Assembly (NCBI GenBank): GCA_963741955.1
Contig: CAVUKB010000007.1
Coordinates: 312,558 to 376,557, forward strand
Source: an uncultured Acidobacteriota bacterium
GTDB lineage: Bacteria > Acidobacteriota > Thermoanaerobaculia > Gp7-AA8
Direction of reading: 5' to 3'
DNA length: 64,000 nucleotides
A model generated the notes under the pieces. The model was not told the origin of the DNA. It was given only the letters and a program-made list of their open reading frames with translations, and ran no database searches. Positions 1-10,900 of this stretch are shown piece by piece (within the stretch, counting starts at the first letter, position 1; the number at the start of each line of letters is the position of its first letter). The position numbers and the translations under genes are program-made.

Positions 1-179
1 CCCGGGAGACTGCGCGTCTGACCGCAGGCGTTCTCTCGATGCGCGTCGAACACGCTCCGCGTGGGGGATCGCAGATCCGCACTTCCGGTACGGTTCGAAC
101 ACCGTCCAGGCCGCGGACTGCGGGCCAGAGCGGGCGACACTTCGGGAAGATTCTTCCCGTCCCCGCGTTTGCTGAAACG

Positions 180-1142
180 ATGGCGCACACACATTCGCAC
201 GCACTTCCGGACGGCGCAGACGTGAGCCGGAAGCTCGTGGTGTCGACCGTCGCGACGACGCTGTTCGTCGGTGCGGAGCTCGGGATCGGGATCTTCGCCA
301 ATTCGCTCGCGCTGATCGGCGATGCGTTTCACAACTTCACCGACGCGCTCGCGCTTCTTCTCGCGCTCCTCGCCATCATTCTGCAGAAGCGGGCCCCGAC
401 GCGGTCGAAGTCGTTCGGGTATCAGCGAGCCGGGTTTCTCGCCGCATTCGTGAATGCGGGAACGCTCGTCGCGTTCACGGTTTTCATCCTGATCGAGGCG
501 TGGCGGCGATTCCGCCAACCCGAGCCGGTGGACAGCTTCTGGATGCTGGTCACCGCGGGAGTTGCAATCGTCCTGAACAGCGGCATCACTCTGTGGCTTC
601 GCAGTGAGGGGAAGAAGGACATCAACATCCGCGGTGCGGCGATCCACATGATGGGCGATGCCCTCTCGGCGGTGGGCATCGTGATCGCCGCGATCCTGAT
701 GCGGAGCACCGGCTCGACGATCTACGACCCGATCGTCTCGGTGATCATCGGCGTGCTGATCCTCTGGAGCTCGTGGGGCGTGCTTCGTGAGACGGTCAAT
801 CTTCTGCTGGAGGGAGTGCCGAACGGAATCGATCCGGACGCGGTCGCCCAGGACATCGCCTCGATGGAGGGAATCCAGGGAGTGCACCACGTGCACATCT
901 GGGCGATCGGTCCGTCCCGGCCGGCGCTCTCGTGTCACCTCCTTCTCGGAGACATCTCACTTCGCACCGCTGCGGTGATCCGGGAGAGACTGAACGAGAT
1001 GCTCGCTGCGCGTTACGAGATCGAGCACACCACGTTTCAGTTCGAGCACGCCGGCTGCCCGGAAGACAACCCGTATTGTCTGATCTACGAGGACGAAGAT
1101 CCGCAGCCGCCCGCGGAGACCCGCGGGATCAGCGGAACGTGA
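180..1142 (+). CDS. Cation diffusion facilitator (CDF) family divalent-metal efflux transporter (CzcD-like); Cys-containing C-terminal tail (CPEDNPYC)
   Basis: ATG at 180 read from sequence (MAHTHSHALPDG...). TM region with the HNFTDALA.LLLAL signature of CDF proteins and a C-terminal cytoplasmic domain. The upstream part of ORF 39..1142 has no CDF homology. Confidence 0.85.
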   Translation: MAHTHSHALPDGADVSRKLVVSTVATTLFVGAELGIGIFANSLALIGDAFHNFTDALALLLALLAIILQKRAPTRSKSFGYQRAGFLAAFVNAGTLVAFTVFILIEAWRRFRQPEPVDSFWMLVTAGVAIVLNSGITLWLRSEGKKDINIRGAAIHMMGDALSAVGIVIAAILMRSTGSTIYDPIVSVIIGVLILWSSWGVLRETVNLLLEGVPNGIDPDAVAQDIASMEGIQGVHHVHIWAIGPSRPALSCHLLLGDISLRTAAVIRERLNEMLAARYEIEHTTFQFEHAGCPEDNPYCLIYEDEDPQPPAETRGISGT

Positions 1143-2913
1143 ATCCCTCCGGGTACGTGAATCCAACCGTCACTCTCTGGACTCCGTGCTGGAGGACCGT
1201 CGCGAGATCGGGGATGACGGCGAAGAACGGCCGGAGGTCGATCGCGTTTCCCACCAGTTGGGATCCGACGACCCGGCAGTAATCTCCTCGCCGCAGGATG
1301 TCCGTCGGCCGCCGATAGCGGACGCCGGGATACATGGTGGAGATCTCGCCGCGGCTTTCGCGTGAGGGTTTCTGCATCCAGGTCTTGGTGTAGGAGTCGA
1401 CTTCGAGCTCCTCGCTCCCGACCCTTCCCTGAGCGTCGTACGCGAAACCGACCGTGGCGCTCCATTCCGTCTTCGGAGAGCCCGCCGCCGGATAGCCGGT
1501 GTAGCCGCCGTGGAGCGCCACGCTCGCGAGCGAGTCTCCGTTCCACGTGAGATCGGCGGTCATCTCGATGGCGTCGCCGCATGCGGCGGTGTTGACGTAG
1601 GAGGAGCGGAGCTGGAGGATCCGTCCCTTCTCGTCGTAGGAGTATCGATTCGTGTAGCGTTGTCCTTCGATGACCAGGTTCTCGCGGTCGAGCAGCCAGG
1701 TACCTCCGCTTCCGGGGTGCGCGACGAAATCGAGGATCTCACCGCTGCCGTGATCGAGGACGCTCTCGAGGTACTCGCCCTGCCGGAGCTCGACCTCGGT
1801 TGTGCCACTGCCTCGTGAAGCGAGAACGTCGCCGTCGTACGTCCATCCGTCCGCGATGCGCTGCTGCTGGATGGCGCGACGGCGGGGGGGGGTGTACTTG
1901 ATGGCGTCGAGGAAGTTGCCGCCCTGAAGCTGGCAGGCGAGCTCCTCGTTCCGCGCCACGCGCCCGTCGCTGTAGAAACTGGTGCGCGTGGCGGATGCCC
2001 CGGTGCCGCATGCCCGGGTGTTGAAAAGAGACGAGGCGGTGAGGAAGGGGCCATGCCAGCAGTGCGGGCACCACATCGCACCGATCGGAAGCTTGTAGCC
2101 ACAGAAGGGACAGACCATCTTCGTGCGCGAGTCGTCGAGCTCGCGCTCGAGGGCGAAGATCCGCTGGTCGACTTCGCTCTTGTCCGTGGCCGACGGGTCG
2201 GTCGCGAGATAACGCCGATAGCGTTCCGTCGCCTTCAGGAAATCGCCTTCACGCTCGTAGGCGATGGCCTGGTTGTAAGAGATCGCAGGGTCATCCGGAT
2301 GCTGCTGCTCGGCGCGCTGAAACACTTCGAGCGCCTGCTCGACGTCGCCGTGCGCGAGGAGAAACCGCCCCCGGTTGAAGAGCTCGAGATAATCGTGATC
2401 GATCTGCTGTTTCTTCTGCAGTTCGCGCTGCCAGTCGAGCTCGAGCTGCAGCTTCTTCACGTTGTCGGCTTCCGCGCCCTGGGGAAAGATGGTCAGATAA
2501 CGTTCGATGCGCACCTGAGCGTCGGCGATGCGGCCGAGCCGGGTGAGGGCGAGCGCCGAGTCGTAGAGGAGCGCCGGCTGGTCGGGGAGAATCTGATCGG
2601 CCTTCTCGAACTGTTCGAGTGCGGAAGCGTAGTCTCCGATCTCGAAGAACTTCTTTCCGAAGTAGACCGCGCGCTGGTATTCGTCGCGGATGTCGCTGGC
2701 GTTCTGCGCCGGGCCGGCCGCCGTCGCCGGAGGGGTCACCTGCGCCGGCTGGACCGCGTCGGTGGTCCGGGCGGGGACAGGTCTGCAGATCAGGAGCGCG
2801 AGGAGGATTCCAGCCGCGAGAGCGAGCTCGGAGCGGCTCGACGCGATCGCCCATCCTTTCCTGAAACCACATGCATCCCGAACATCGGCGGAGGGGGCGG
2901 CGTTTCGTGACAT
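1129..2913 (-). CDS. TPR-repeat protein with a signal-anchor, a C4 zinc-ribbon (CPFCGYKLPIGAMWCPHCW) and a YD/RHS-like repeat C-terminal region; hypothetical
   Basis: ATG (cat) verified at 2911-2913 (MSRNAAPS..., hydrophobic segment LALAAGILLALLI). TPR-like helices (YQRAVYFGKKFFEIGDYASALEQFEKAD...). YD-like motifs (YSYDEKGRI, YDAQGRV). Confidence 0.6.
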   Translation of the reverse strand: MSRNAAPSADVRDACGFRKGWAIASSRSELALAAGILLALLICRPVPARTTDAVQPAQVTPPATAAGPAQNASDIRDEYQRAVYFGKKFFEIGDYASALEQFEKADQILPDQPALLYDSALALTRLGRIADAQVRIERYLTIFPQGAEADNVKKLQLELDWQRELQKKQQIDHDYLELFNRGRFLLAHGDVEQALEVFQRAEQQHPDDPAISYNQAIAYEREGDFLKATERYRRYLATDPSATDKSEVDQRIFALERELDDSRTKMVCPFCGYKLPIGAMWCPHCWHGPFLTASSLFNTRACGTGASATRTSFYSDGRVARNEELACQLQGGNFLDAIKYTPPRRRAIQQQRIADGWTYDGDVLASRGSGTTEVELRQGEYLESVLDHGSGEILDFVAHPGSGGTWLLDRENLVIEGQRYTNRYSYDEKGRILQLRSSYVNTAACGDAIEMTADLTWNGDSLASVALHGGYTGYPAAGSPKTEWSATVGFAYDAQGRVGSEELEVDSYTKTWMQKPSRESRGEISTMYPGVRYRRPTDILRRGDYCRVVGSQLVGNAIDLRPFFAVIPDLATVLQHGVQRVTVGFTYPEGFTFR

Positions 2914-2930
2914 CGGCACTCTCTTCCTGC

Positions 2931-4148
2931 TCACTTCTGGAGGCTCTCGTCGATCAGATTCGCGAGCCACGACTGCTGGCTCGCAGTGAGTGAAGGATTT
3001 CTCGCGAGCACCAGGTACATCGCGGCCTTGCGTTGCTCCGCGGTATATCGTCCGGTCGAATCGCGGAGTACGGCGATCGGATCGTCGGCGACGTTCGAGG
3101 GCCACTCGATCACGATGTCGTTCGCGTCCCCGACCGCCCAGTGGCTGGCGACGTCGGCGCCGAAGAGCGCTGACACCAGTTGGAGCCGCGACGTCTCGTC
3201 GCGTGCGGCACCCGACATCCGGGCGAGACGGCTTCGCGCTCCGGCGACGTCGGTGAGCGTTCGCAGATTGGAAAGAAGCTGGAGGCGTTGCATCGCTGCT
3301 TCGAGGATTTTTGCCTTCGACGTTGCCTCGGTCATCGCATTCGCCGCCTGGAGAATCCGTTGAACCCGCGAGGTCTCGAATTCGACGAACGGATCCGCAT
3401 CCTCGTCCGGCGCACTCGAGGCTGCAACGCTTTCCTCAGGAGCCGCGGCAGCAGTGGCACGCGCAGTGAGGATCGCCTGAACTTCCTCTTCCGTCGGAAT
3501 GGGGATCTCGAGAAGCGTGAGATCGGATCCTCCGGGAATGGTGCTCGTGGTCTCACTGCCGATCGCGGTCTCCTTGAGAGCCGATTCGCTCAGCGGCTGT
3601 GCGCCGGCCGGGGGGAGCGTATCCGGAAGCGGCGCGGTCATGGGCCAGATCTCCGTGCCGATGGTCGAGGCTTCACCGGCGAGCGCGCGGACCACGCTCG
3701 AATCGGAAGCGAGTCCCGCGTCGAGGAGATCCTCGCGAAGATCCGCCAGGAACTGCTGCCGCAATCGCACCTGAGCCATCCGATGTGCATCGTCGAGAAA
3801 GTACGGGTTCGCCTGCACCACGGTCATGTCGCAATGACACGGACCGAAACGGTCGGGCTGAATGCGCGACTTCGGCTGCGTTTGTCTGATCGCGGCGATC
3901 GCGGCCTGGTTTTCCGCCATCTCCGCGGCTCTCGATTTCTCGCACGCTGCCTGCGACGCGAATGCGTTCACCCCGAAGAGCTCGACCGGGCGGTTGCTCT
4001 CGGAGCTCCAGGCGAGGATGTGGTAGTGGGAGACAGGGCACCCTTCGGGAGGTGTGCCCCCCGCCGGACAGACCAGGGTCTGGGCAGCGGCCGCGGTGGC
4101 GAAGAGCAGAAGAGGGATGACCCCCGCAGCGCTTTTTCTGAAAGGCAT
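2931..4148 (-). CDS. Secreted hypothetical protein (signal peptide MPFRKSAAGVIPLLLFATAAAAQ); probably co-transcribed with the downstream TPR gene
   Basis: ATG verified at 4146-4148 with a GAGG 8 nt upstream; an alternative ATG lies at 4175. Same strand and 17-nt spacing to the 1129..2913 gene. Confidence 0.5.
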   Translation of the reverse strand: MPFRKSAAGVIPLLLFATAAAAQTLVCPAGGTPPEGCPVSHYHILAWSSESNRPVELFGVNAFASQAACEKSRAAEMAENQAAIAAIRQTQPKSRIQPDRFGPCHCDMTVVQANPYFLDDAHRMAQVRLRQQFLADLREDLLDAGLASDSSVVRALAGEASTIGTEIWPMTAPLPDTLPPAGAQPLSESALKETAIGSETTSTIPGGSDLTLLEIPIPTEEEVQAILTARATAAAAPEESVAASSAPDEDADPFVEFETSRVQRILQAANAMTEATSKAKILEAAMQRLQLLSNLRTLTDVAGARSRLARMSGAARDETSRLQLVSALFGADVASHWAVGDANDIVIEWPSNVADDPIAVLRDSTGRYTAEQRKAAMYLVLARNPSLTASQQSWLANLIDESLQK

Positions 4149-4450
4149 TCGAAGACCTCGGAGAGCGAGATGCATCGATTATAGCGCCGCGGCTTCGAGC
4201 GAGGCGGAGGAGAGCGATGTTCAGGGTCGGAGGTGGCGGAACGCCGCATCGCGGAGATGAGCGAGCAGGGAGCGTGGGGCGCCGCGGCTTCTGCCGCGAC
4301 GGCAGGGCGGAAGCCGTGCCGGCTCCTCCTTGAACTCACGAACGGATGCCGAGACTTCATCACGGCGGAAGCGGTGCCGTCCCGTTGCGGCACCGCTGAA
4401 CGAACTCGCTCTCACTGCTCCAATTTCTGCCGACCGACGTTTCTACCGCG

Positions 4451-5713
4451 CTACACCTTCACGCCGCCCGCAGCGGGTACGACCGCGCGATTCCTTCCTT
4501 TCGCCTTCGCTTCGTAGAGCCGTTCGTCGGCAGCGGCGAAGAGGCGCTCCGGAGTGATGCCGTCGTCGGGAAAGATCGCGCCCCCGATGCTCACGGTGAT
4601 CGGCGGCCGCTCGCCGATCGGAGGGATCGTTTCGATCGCGGTGCGCACGCGTTCGGCGAGCTGGGAAAGAGAGGAGCCGGTCGTCTCGGGAGTAATGATC
4701 GAGAACTCCTCGCCGCCGAACCGGGCCGGGTAGTCGCTGGTGCGCACGCATTCGCGGAGAGTCCGTCCGACCGCCTGCAGCGCTTCGTTCCCTGCGAGAT
4801 GGCCGAAGCTGTCGTTGTAATTCTTGAAGTGATCGAGATCGAGGATGAGGATGCCGAATCCGTGCGGGTAGCGGTCTTCACGCTCGATCTCCCGCTCCAT
4901 GGTGTGGAGAAACGCGCGGAAGTTCGGAAGAGCGGTCAGCTCGTCGGTGAGCGAGCGCTTCTCGAGCTCCGCGTTCGAGGCGACGAGCGAATCGGCCATC
5001 CGGTTGAACGCTGTGCCGAGCTGCGCGACTTCCGCATCGCCTCCGATCGGAGCCCGCACTTTCAACTCGCCAGCCGCCAGTCGCTCTGCCGCCTGGGAGA
5101 GACGCTCGATCGGGGTGACGACGTTGGTGAGGGTCCGCTTCGCGACGAGGAGGCTGACGATGGCGATGATCCAGGCGACGCCGAGTCCGGTCCACATCGC
5201 GTTCGTTCCTCCGCGCGAGAGGCGTGGCTTCTCCGTACGGATGTCCGATTCGTATCGATCGATCATTGCTCGCGCCGTGTCCACGACCTGCTCGGAGCGC
5301 GAGAGAACTTCGGCGCGAACCGTCGTGCGGTCCGCCTCCGACATCTTGTTCCAATCCAGTCCTGCGCTCGAGACGAGCGCCTGGAGCGTGGCCATCTCGT
5401 CGTGAAGCTCCCGGCTTCCCTCGCCTCGAAGGGATTCGCGCTCGATGAGCTGCGCGACGCTGTTGTAGCGGATGGCGAGCTTCGAAGGGTCGAGCTCCGC
5501 GGCCTCGTTCCATTGATTGCGCCATGCGTTCTGAAAGCGGATCAACTCTTCGAGCGGCGCGACGGCTCCGGTCTGAATCTCCAGGATCCGGTCGAACTCG
5601 TGCTCGGCCGAACGTGCACGCCAGGTGAGGATGAAGACGGTGCCGATCAACAGCATCGCGTTGAGAAGCGTCAGCGCGTAAACCCGGTTGCGGAGTCGTG
5701 TTCTCGAGGCCAT
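4451..5713 (-). CDS. Membrane-bound diguanylate cyclase (two TM + periplasmic sensor region + HAMP-like + GGDEF domain, active GGEEF motif)
   Basis: GGDEF-domain hallmarks (LTALPNFRAF, ILDLDHFKNYNDSFGHLAGNEAL, RFGGEEF). ORF-track start at 5743 is GTG; ATG verified at 5711-5713 (MASRTRL). Confidence 0.85.
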   Translation of the reverse strand: MASRTRLRNRVYALTLLNAMLLIGTVFILTWRARSAEHEFDRILEIQTGAVAPLEELIRFQNAWRNQWNEAAELDPSKLAIRYNSVAQLIERESLRGEGSRELHDEMATLQALVSSAGLDWNKMSEADRTTVRAEVLSRSEQVVDTARAMIDRYESDIRTEKPRLSRGGTNAMWTGLGVAWIIAIVSLLVAKRTLTNVVTPIERLSQAAERLAAGELKVRAPIGGDAEVAQLGTAFNRMADSLVASNAELEKRSLTDELTALPNFRAFLHTMEREIEREDRYPHGFGILILDLDHFKNYNDSFGHLAGNEALQAVGRTLRECVRTSDYPARFGGEEFSIITPETTGSSLSQLAERVRTAIETIPPIGERPPITVSIGGAIFPDDGITPERLFAAADERLYEAKAKGRNRAVVPAAGGVKV

Positions 5714-5732
5714 GTCGGTCCGTTCCGCCCTC

Positions 5733-7742
5733 TCACTCCCCACCGGCAGCGGCGACGCCGTTCAGGGCGTGCATGCCGAGGTGACGCATCCGCTCGATCA
5801 CGCGATGGACGGTGAGGATCACCTCCGCGTGACTCCAGGTGAGCGGCGAGACCGAAAGCGGCGAACCGGCGAACGGGTCGACCTGCTCGGGAAGCGTGCC
5901 GCTGGGCATGGCCCGATCGGTCGCCCAGTCGAGAAGATCGACCGCCTGCTGCAGCTCCTCGACGGTCCGGGCGATCTCCGCCTTCCAACGTGCAATCCAG
6001 AGTGTGCAGATGATCCATGGATTCCCGGGAGCGACCGCCGTGTCCCGAGTGACCTGATAGTAGTAGTCGTTCTCGTAGCGAGCGTAGCCTCCGATCGGCG
6101 TGTGCACGGCGAGACGGTCCATGACCCGATGCATCGTCGACACGATACGCGGATCGTCGGGAGCGAACATGCCGAACATCCAGAGTCCGCAGACCGAGGA
6201 GTCGACCACCGGGTCGATGGAAATCGCTCCCTCCGGCGAGACGTTGACCATCCGGACGAACGAATCCGACGCCGGGTCGAAGAGAAATTTTCCCGCCGCT
6301 TCACGGATCTCGCTGGCTGCGGTCCGGTAGCGTTTCGTCAGCGTCGTTTCTCCGAACGCTTCCGTGAAATTCGCAGCGGCTTCGAGTCCCGCCCAGACCG
6401 CAGCGGTGGTGAAGGACATGATCCCGCGCCGCTCCTCCCACAGGTCGTACGACGGCGCCGGCAACCGGGTGTGCGATTCACGGAACCGAACCAGGAAGTC
6501 CGCGGAACGGGTGACCATCGCCCGGTAGAGTGGACGGATGAATTCCACGTCGTGAAACTTCGCGAAGTGCCGCCACAGTGCCCAGAGGACCAGCGCCGTT
6601 TCGTCCTCCTGAATCGGCAGCGCACGCGATCCGTCGGAGCTCATCCAGGGATGCCACGATGATCCGACCGATCCGTCCGGGTTGTACTTGTGGAGGAGAT
6701 AACCGTCGTGGGTGTACAGGGGAAAGCAGAACTCGAAGAACTTCCTCGAGACGTCACTGTAGCCGGAGCCGTTCATCGCATCGGCGGCGATCGAGCCATC
6801 GCGTGGCCAGACGTAGCTGTACGTATCGCGGCTGAAGAGGATCGCATCCGAGTCGGTCGCCGCGATCACGGCCCCGTTGCCGTTGACCTGCGAGCGGAGG
6901 ATCAGGAGCGAGCGCCGGTACAGATCCCGGACCGGATCGGAGAGAAGTTTCAGTCCGTGCGAGTCATCCTTGCGCGACCAGAGCCGCCAGTAATGCTCCG
7001 TCCTCTCCATGAAGCTGGCCGGTCCTCGCTCCCGCACCAGCGACGCGAGCGAGGTCACCTCGGGGAACGATCGTCCGAACGCCCACCAGAACCAGACCGT
7101 CGCTTCGCCACCGGCGGTGAGTGTGGCCTCGATCATTCCGGTCGAATCGACGGAGCCCTGGGCGATCGGATTGCGGCTCAGCTCACCGTCCTCCGCATCG
7201 CGCCAGGTTCCCTGAAAGCCGCGCTGTTCCTTGACCCCCGTGGCGAAGGACGCCAGTCCGAAGCGGTCACCGGAGGCTCCGCTCATGAGAATGTAGCGCT
7301 GACCCTTGTACGCGATGAGAGAGCTCTGATCCGGATCGTAGAAGACGGTGTCGCCGATGGCGTTCTCGCCGAGGTGTCCATCGAGGTGGAGGAAGAGCCG
7401 GACCCGCCGGGGTTGATTGCGGAGGTCGCGCAGATCGACGCGGCGGATGAAGAGGTCGCGGTCGAAGTCGACCGTATCCCGGATCAGCGCGGCGATGCCG
7501 AGGGATGAGGAGGTCGCGGTGACACGGGTGACCAGCGTTTCCGGCTCGTATTCGCAGTGTTTGTTCCAGAGCGGCGATTCGATCCAGGCGAAGCGTCCGT
7601 CCGACCAGATGCCGAACCGGGAGGGATCGCCGGCGGTCTGGTTTTCCTCCCCGACGAACGGGTAGTAAACGTCCCGGATGTTGTAGTCGTGATCGAAATT
7701 GATCATCAGCGAGCCGTTGCTGATGGGCAGATCCCGAGCCAT
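5733..7742 (-). CDS. Glycoside hydrolase family 15 protein (glucoamylase/glucodextranase/bacterial trehalase-type (alpha/alpha)6 hydrolase)
   Basis: GH15 N-terminal beta-sandwich plus catalytic-domain motifs (YSYVWPRDGSIAADAM, YDLWEERRGIMSFTTAAVWAGL). ATG verified at 7740-7742. Confidence 0.85.
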   Translation of the reverse strand: MARDLPISNGSLMINFDHDYNIRDVYYPFVGEENQTAGDPSRFGIWSDGRFAWIESPLWNKHCEYEPETLVTRVTATSSSLGIAALIRDTVDFDRDLFIRRVDLRDLRNQPRRVRLFLHLDGHLGENAIGDTVFYDPDQSSLIAYKGQRYILMSGASGDRFGLASFATGVKEQRGFQGTWRDAEDGELSRNPIAQGSVDSTGMIEATLTAGGEATVWFWWAFGRSFPEVTSLASLVRERGPASFMERTEHYWRLWSRKDDSHGLKLLSDPVRDLYRRSLLILRSQVNGNGAVIAATDSDAILFSRDTYSYVWPRDGSIAADAMNGSGYSDVSRKFFEFCFPLYTHDGYLLHKYNPDGSVGSSWHPWMSSDGSRALPIQEDETALVLWALWRHFAKFHDVEFIRPLYRAMVTRSADFLVRFRESHTRLPAPSYDLWEERRGIMSFTTAAVWAGLEAAANFTEAFGETTLTKRYRTAASEIREAAGKFLFDPASDSFVRMVNVSPEGAISIDPVVDSSVCGLWMFGMFAPDDPRIVSTMHRVMDRLAVHTPIGGYARYENDYYYQVTRDTAVAPGNPWIICTLWIARWKAEIARTVEELQQAVDLLDWATDRAMPSGTLPEQVDPFAGSPLSVSPLTWSHAEVILTVHRVIERMRHLGMHALNGVAAAGGE

Positions 7743-7955
7743 CGATCCGGTCTCCCTCCTTTCGCTTCCGAAGCAGTTTCAAGGATACGCCGTTCGGGAA
7801 TCCGCCGGGAACCTGATCGCAAAAGTGCGGGGAGCCGTTATGATTCGATGCACGGGCGATAACTCCCGCCCCCTCTTTCTTTTGGCGCGGGGTTAGCAGG
7901 ACCGGTCAGAACGGTTCCGGAACCGGCAAAGGCACGTGATTCGAGAATATTGGCG

Positions 7956-10900
7956 ATGATTTTCAACCGGAGCGGCGAGTCCGAGGTCCCGCGAGAGAAC
8001 GAGCCGGGACGCTCTGCGTCCGACGGGCCTCTCCCCGGCCGTCGTCGGGGATGCCGGCGCGTTCTCCGAATCGTCGTCGGGGTGGCGCTCGTGGTCCTTC
8101 TTTTCCTGATCGGATTCTCGATCACCTTCGTCGGAACCGGGAAGTTCGGCCAGTACGTGGCGACCAAGATCGCGGCGAACCTCGAAGCGCATCTCGGGCG
8201 GAAGGTCCACATCGGGAGAGTGATCATCCTCCGGACCTATCCGATCACGGTCATCCTCGAAGACATCACGCTCGCGAACGTTCCGGAAGGGGAAGCGAAG
8301 TACTTCGCGAAGATCGACCGGGCGGTGGTGAAAGCGGGGGTCACGTCTTTCTACAAGCGGGTCTTCTCCCTCAACTCGATCGAAGTCGACCATCCGCAGA
8401 TCAACCTGGAGATCTTCGGTCCGGAGAGTCCGATCCCGCACAACTTCCCTCACTGGAAGGCGAACAAGCCGACCGGTAACCTGCAGATCGTCCGGGTCGA
8501 GGTGGACCGGATCACGGTGAAAGATGCGGAGTTCGCGTTCCTCGATCACCGTCATCAGATCACGGCTCACATGACGCGTCTCGCGTCCGTGATCACTCCC
8601 TCCGTCAACGAGCAGATCTACCAGGGGACGGCGGTCAGTCCGGCCGTGACGGTTCAGATCCAGGACTACGAGCCTTTGCATCTCGATTTCCGCGGCGGGT
8701 TCCGCTACGACCCCGGGACTCTGAAGCTGACCGGCCTGCGGCTCGACGGTGAAGACATTCACGTCGAAGCGGACGGGAAGGTCGAGCCGATCACCGAAGG
8801 GATCTACGACTTCGCAATCCGGGCGAATTTCGATCTGAAGAAGGTGAAGAAGACGTTCCTGGTCGACACCACACTCGACGGTCCGATGGCCATGACCGGA
8901 CAGCTTCACGGCGACACGGGCACCTTCGTCTTCAAAGGAGGATTCCGCTCTCCGAAGATCATCGCCGATCAGTACACCATGTCCGACCTTGCGGCGAAGT
9001 TCCAGGTGGACAACACCCACGCCGTCGTCGACGTCACGAAGGCGAGCTTCGAGGGGGGAGCGGTCACCGCTCACTACGTCCTGAACGATTTCAGCGAGCC
9101 GTATCCGATGGTGGTGGACCTGGGCTTCCGCGGCGTGTCGCTCGAACAGATGATCGGGACGTGGGGAGTGAGTCACATCGGCCTGGCCGGCGCGGCCACC
9201 GGAACCCTCCACTACACCTGGAACAAGAACGACCTTCTTGGCGGGCACGGAACCGGAATCGCACGGCTGAGCCCCAGCGCGCTCGCATCGAGCAGGGCGA
9301 AGTACCCGATACCCGTCTCCGGCACGACGAAGTTCGGCATCGACAATGGGGTGATCCGATTCGCATCGGCGGACCTCGACCTGCCGAAGTCGAAGATTCA
9401 CTTTGCCGGAACGCTCGCCATCAGCGATCTGAGGACGAACTTCACATACTCGGTCCGGACCGGTGACTTCTCGGAGATCGACCGGATCGCATACAACCTC
9501 GCGCACGCAACCGGCAATCCGGATTTCACTCTGCTCGGGCTGGGAGGATCAGGGACGGCATCGGGAACGCTGAAAGGGAAGATCGACGAGCCGGTGGTCG
9601 CAGCGCACATCGAGGGGGCAGGTCTACAGTACAACCACGTCCTGATCGGCGAGACCGCGACCATCGATCTGACCTACGACGGACCGAAGGAGACGCTCGG
9701 CTTCCGCCCGGCGGTGTTCCGCCTTCCGAGCGCGTCGATGACCCTTCGCGGAACCCTCCATTTCCTGAAGGGGAAGGCCGGACCCGTCTTCGACCTCCAG
9801 GTCACTGCCGACAACTGGCCGGTAGAACGTGCTCTCGACGCGGTGGATATGCAGCAGTTCGCGATCAGTGGACGGGCGACTGGCGAGCTGACGGTGAAAG
9901 GGACGCCGGAGGACGGGACGGTGACGTTCTCGCCGGTGGCCATCGCGCAGGAAACGGGACAGATCAACGTCACCGGAACCATCCACTGGCTGCCGGGAGA
10001 GAAGAACGTCGTGTTCAATCTCGACGTCGCAGCGGAGTCGTTCCCAGTGCAGGACCTCCTCACGTTCCTCGACATGTCCACAACGCAGATGAGTGGGCTG
10101 GTGACCGGCACGATGCATCTCGAAGGACCGCTCACCACGATCGAAGGAGCGGGCTCGCTCACGTTGCGTAACGGGAGCGTGTACGGACAGCCGATCGAAA
10201 CGGCGACCGCCGACATCCTCTTCCGCAAAGGAGAGGTCCACGTCACGCATCTCGAGGTGACGTCGCCTGCAGGGCATGTTCTCGGTGAGGCCACCTACAA
10301 CTTCGAGACCGGCAAGTTCGGCTACGTGATCAAGGAAGGGACGCTGCAGCTCGGGAATATCGCTCTTCCCGAGGCGCTGCAGGATCTCTTCGGCGGGACG
10401 CTCCACATCGTCTCCAGTGGTGCGGGAACGATGCAGAATCCGGAACTGGTGCTCGAGGCGACACTCGAGAGCGGTCAGATCAAGGGGGTCGAGTTTCCGC
10501 CCGGTGCACCGGCTCCGACGCTCTACCTCACCATCCGCAACGGTGAGATGAGCATCCGCGGGTCGGCGTTCGACGTTCTCTCCATCGAGGGGAGCGGCTC
10601 GGTCGCGCAGTCGGGGGCGCTCGACGGATCGGTCACCGTCAGGCTGACCGACATCGGGAAGTTTCTCTCCATCGTTTCGCCGTCGAGCGATATCGGGACG
10701 ACCGGAAGCATGGTGGTGCAGCTCGATCTGGGAGGGAAGCTCGGAGCGCTCGAGACGATCAGGATCGAAGGGACCGTGCCGGAGCTCGATCTGCAGATCT
10801 CCGGACACCCGGTGACACCGGCGAGCCCGATCCGTTTCGCCTTGAACAACGGAGCGCTGCAGTTCGAGTCATTCCAGTTGAGAACGGACGGATCGACGTT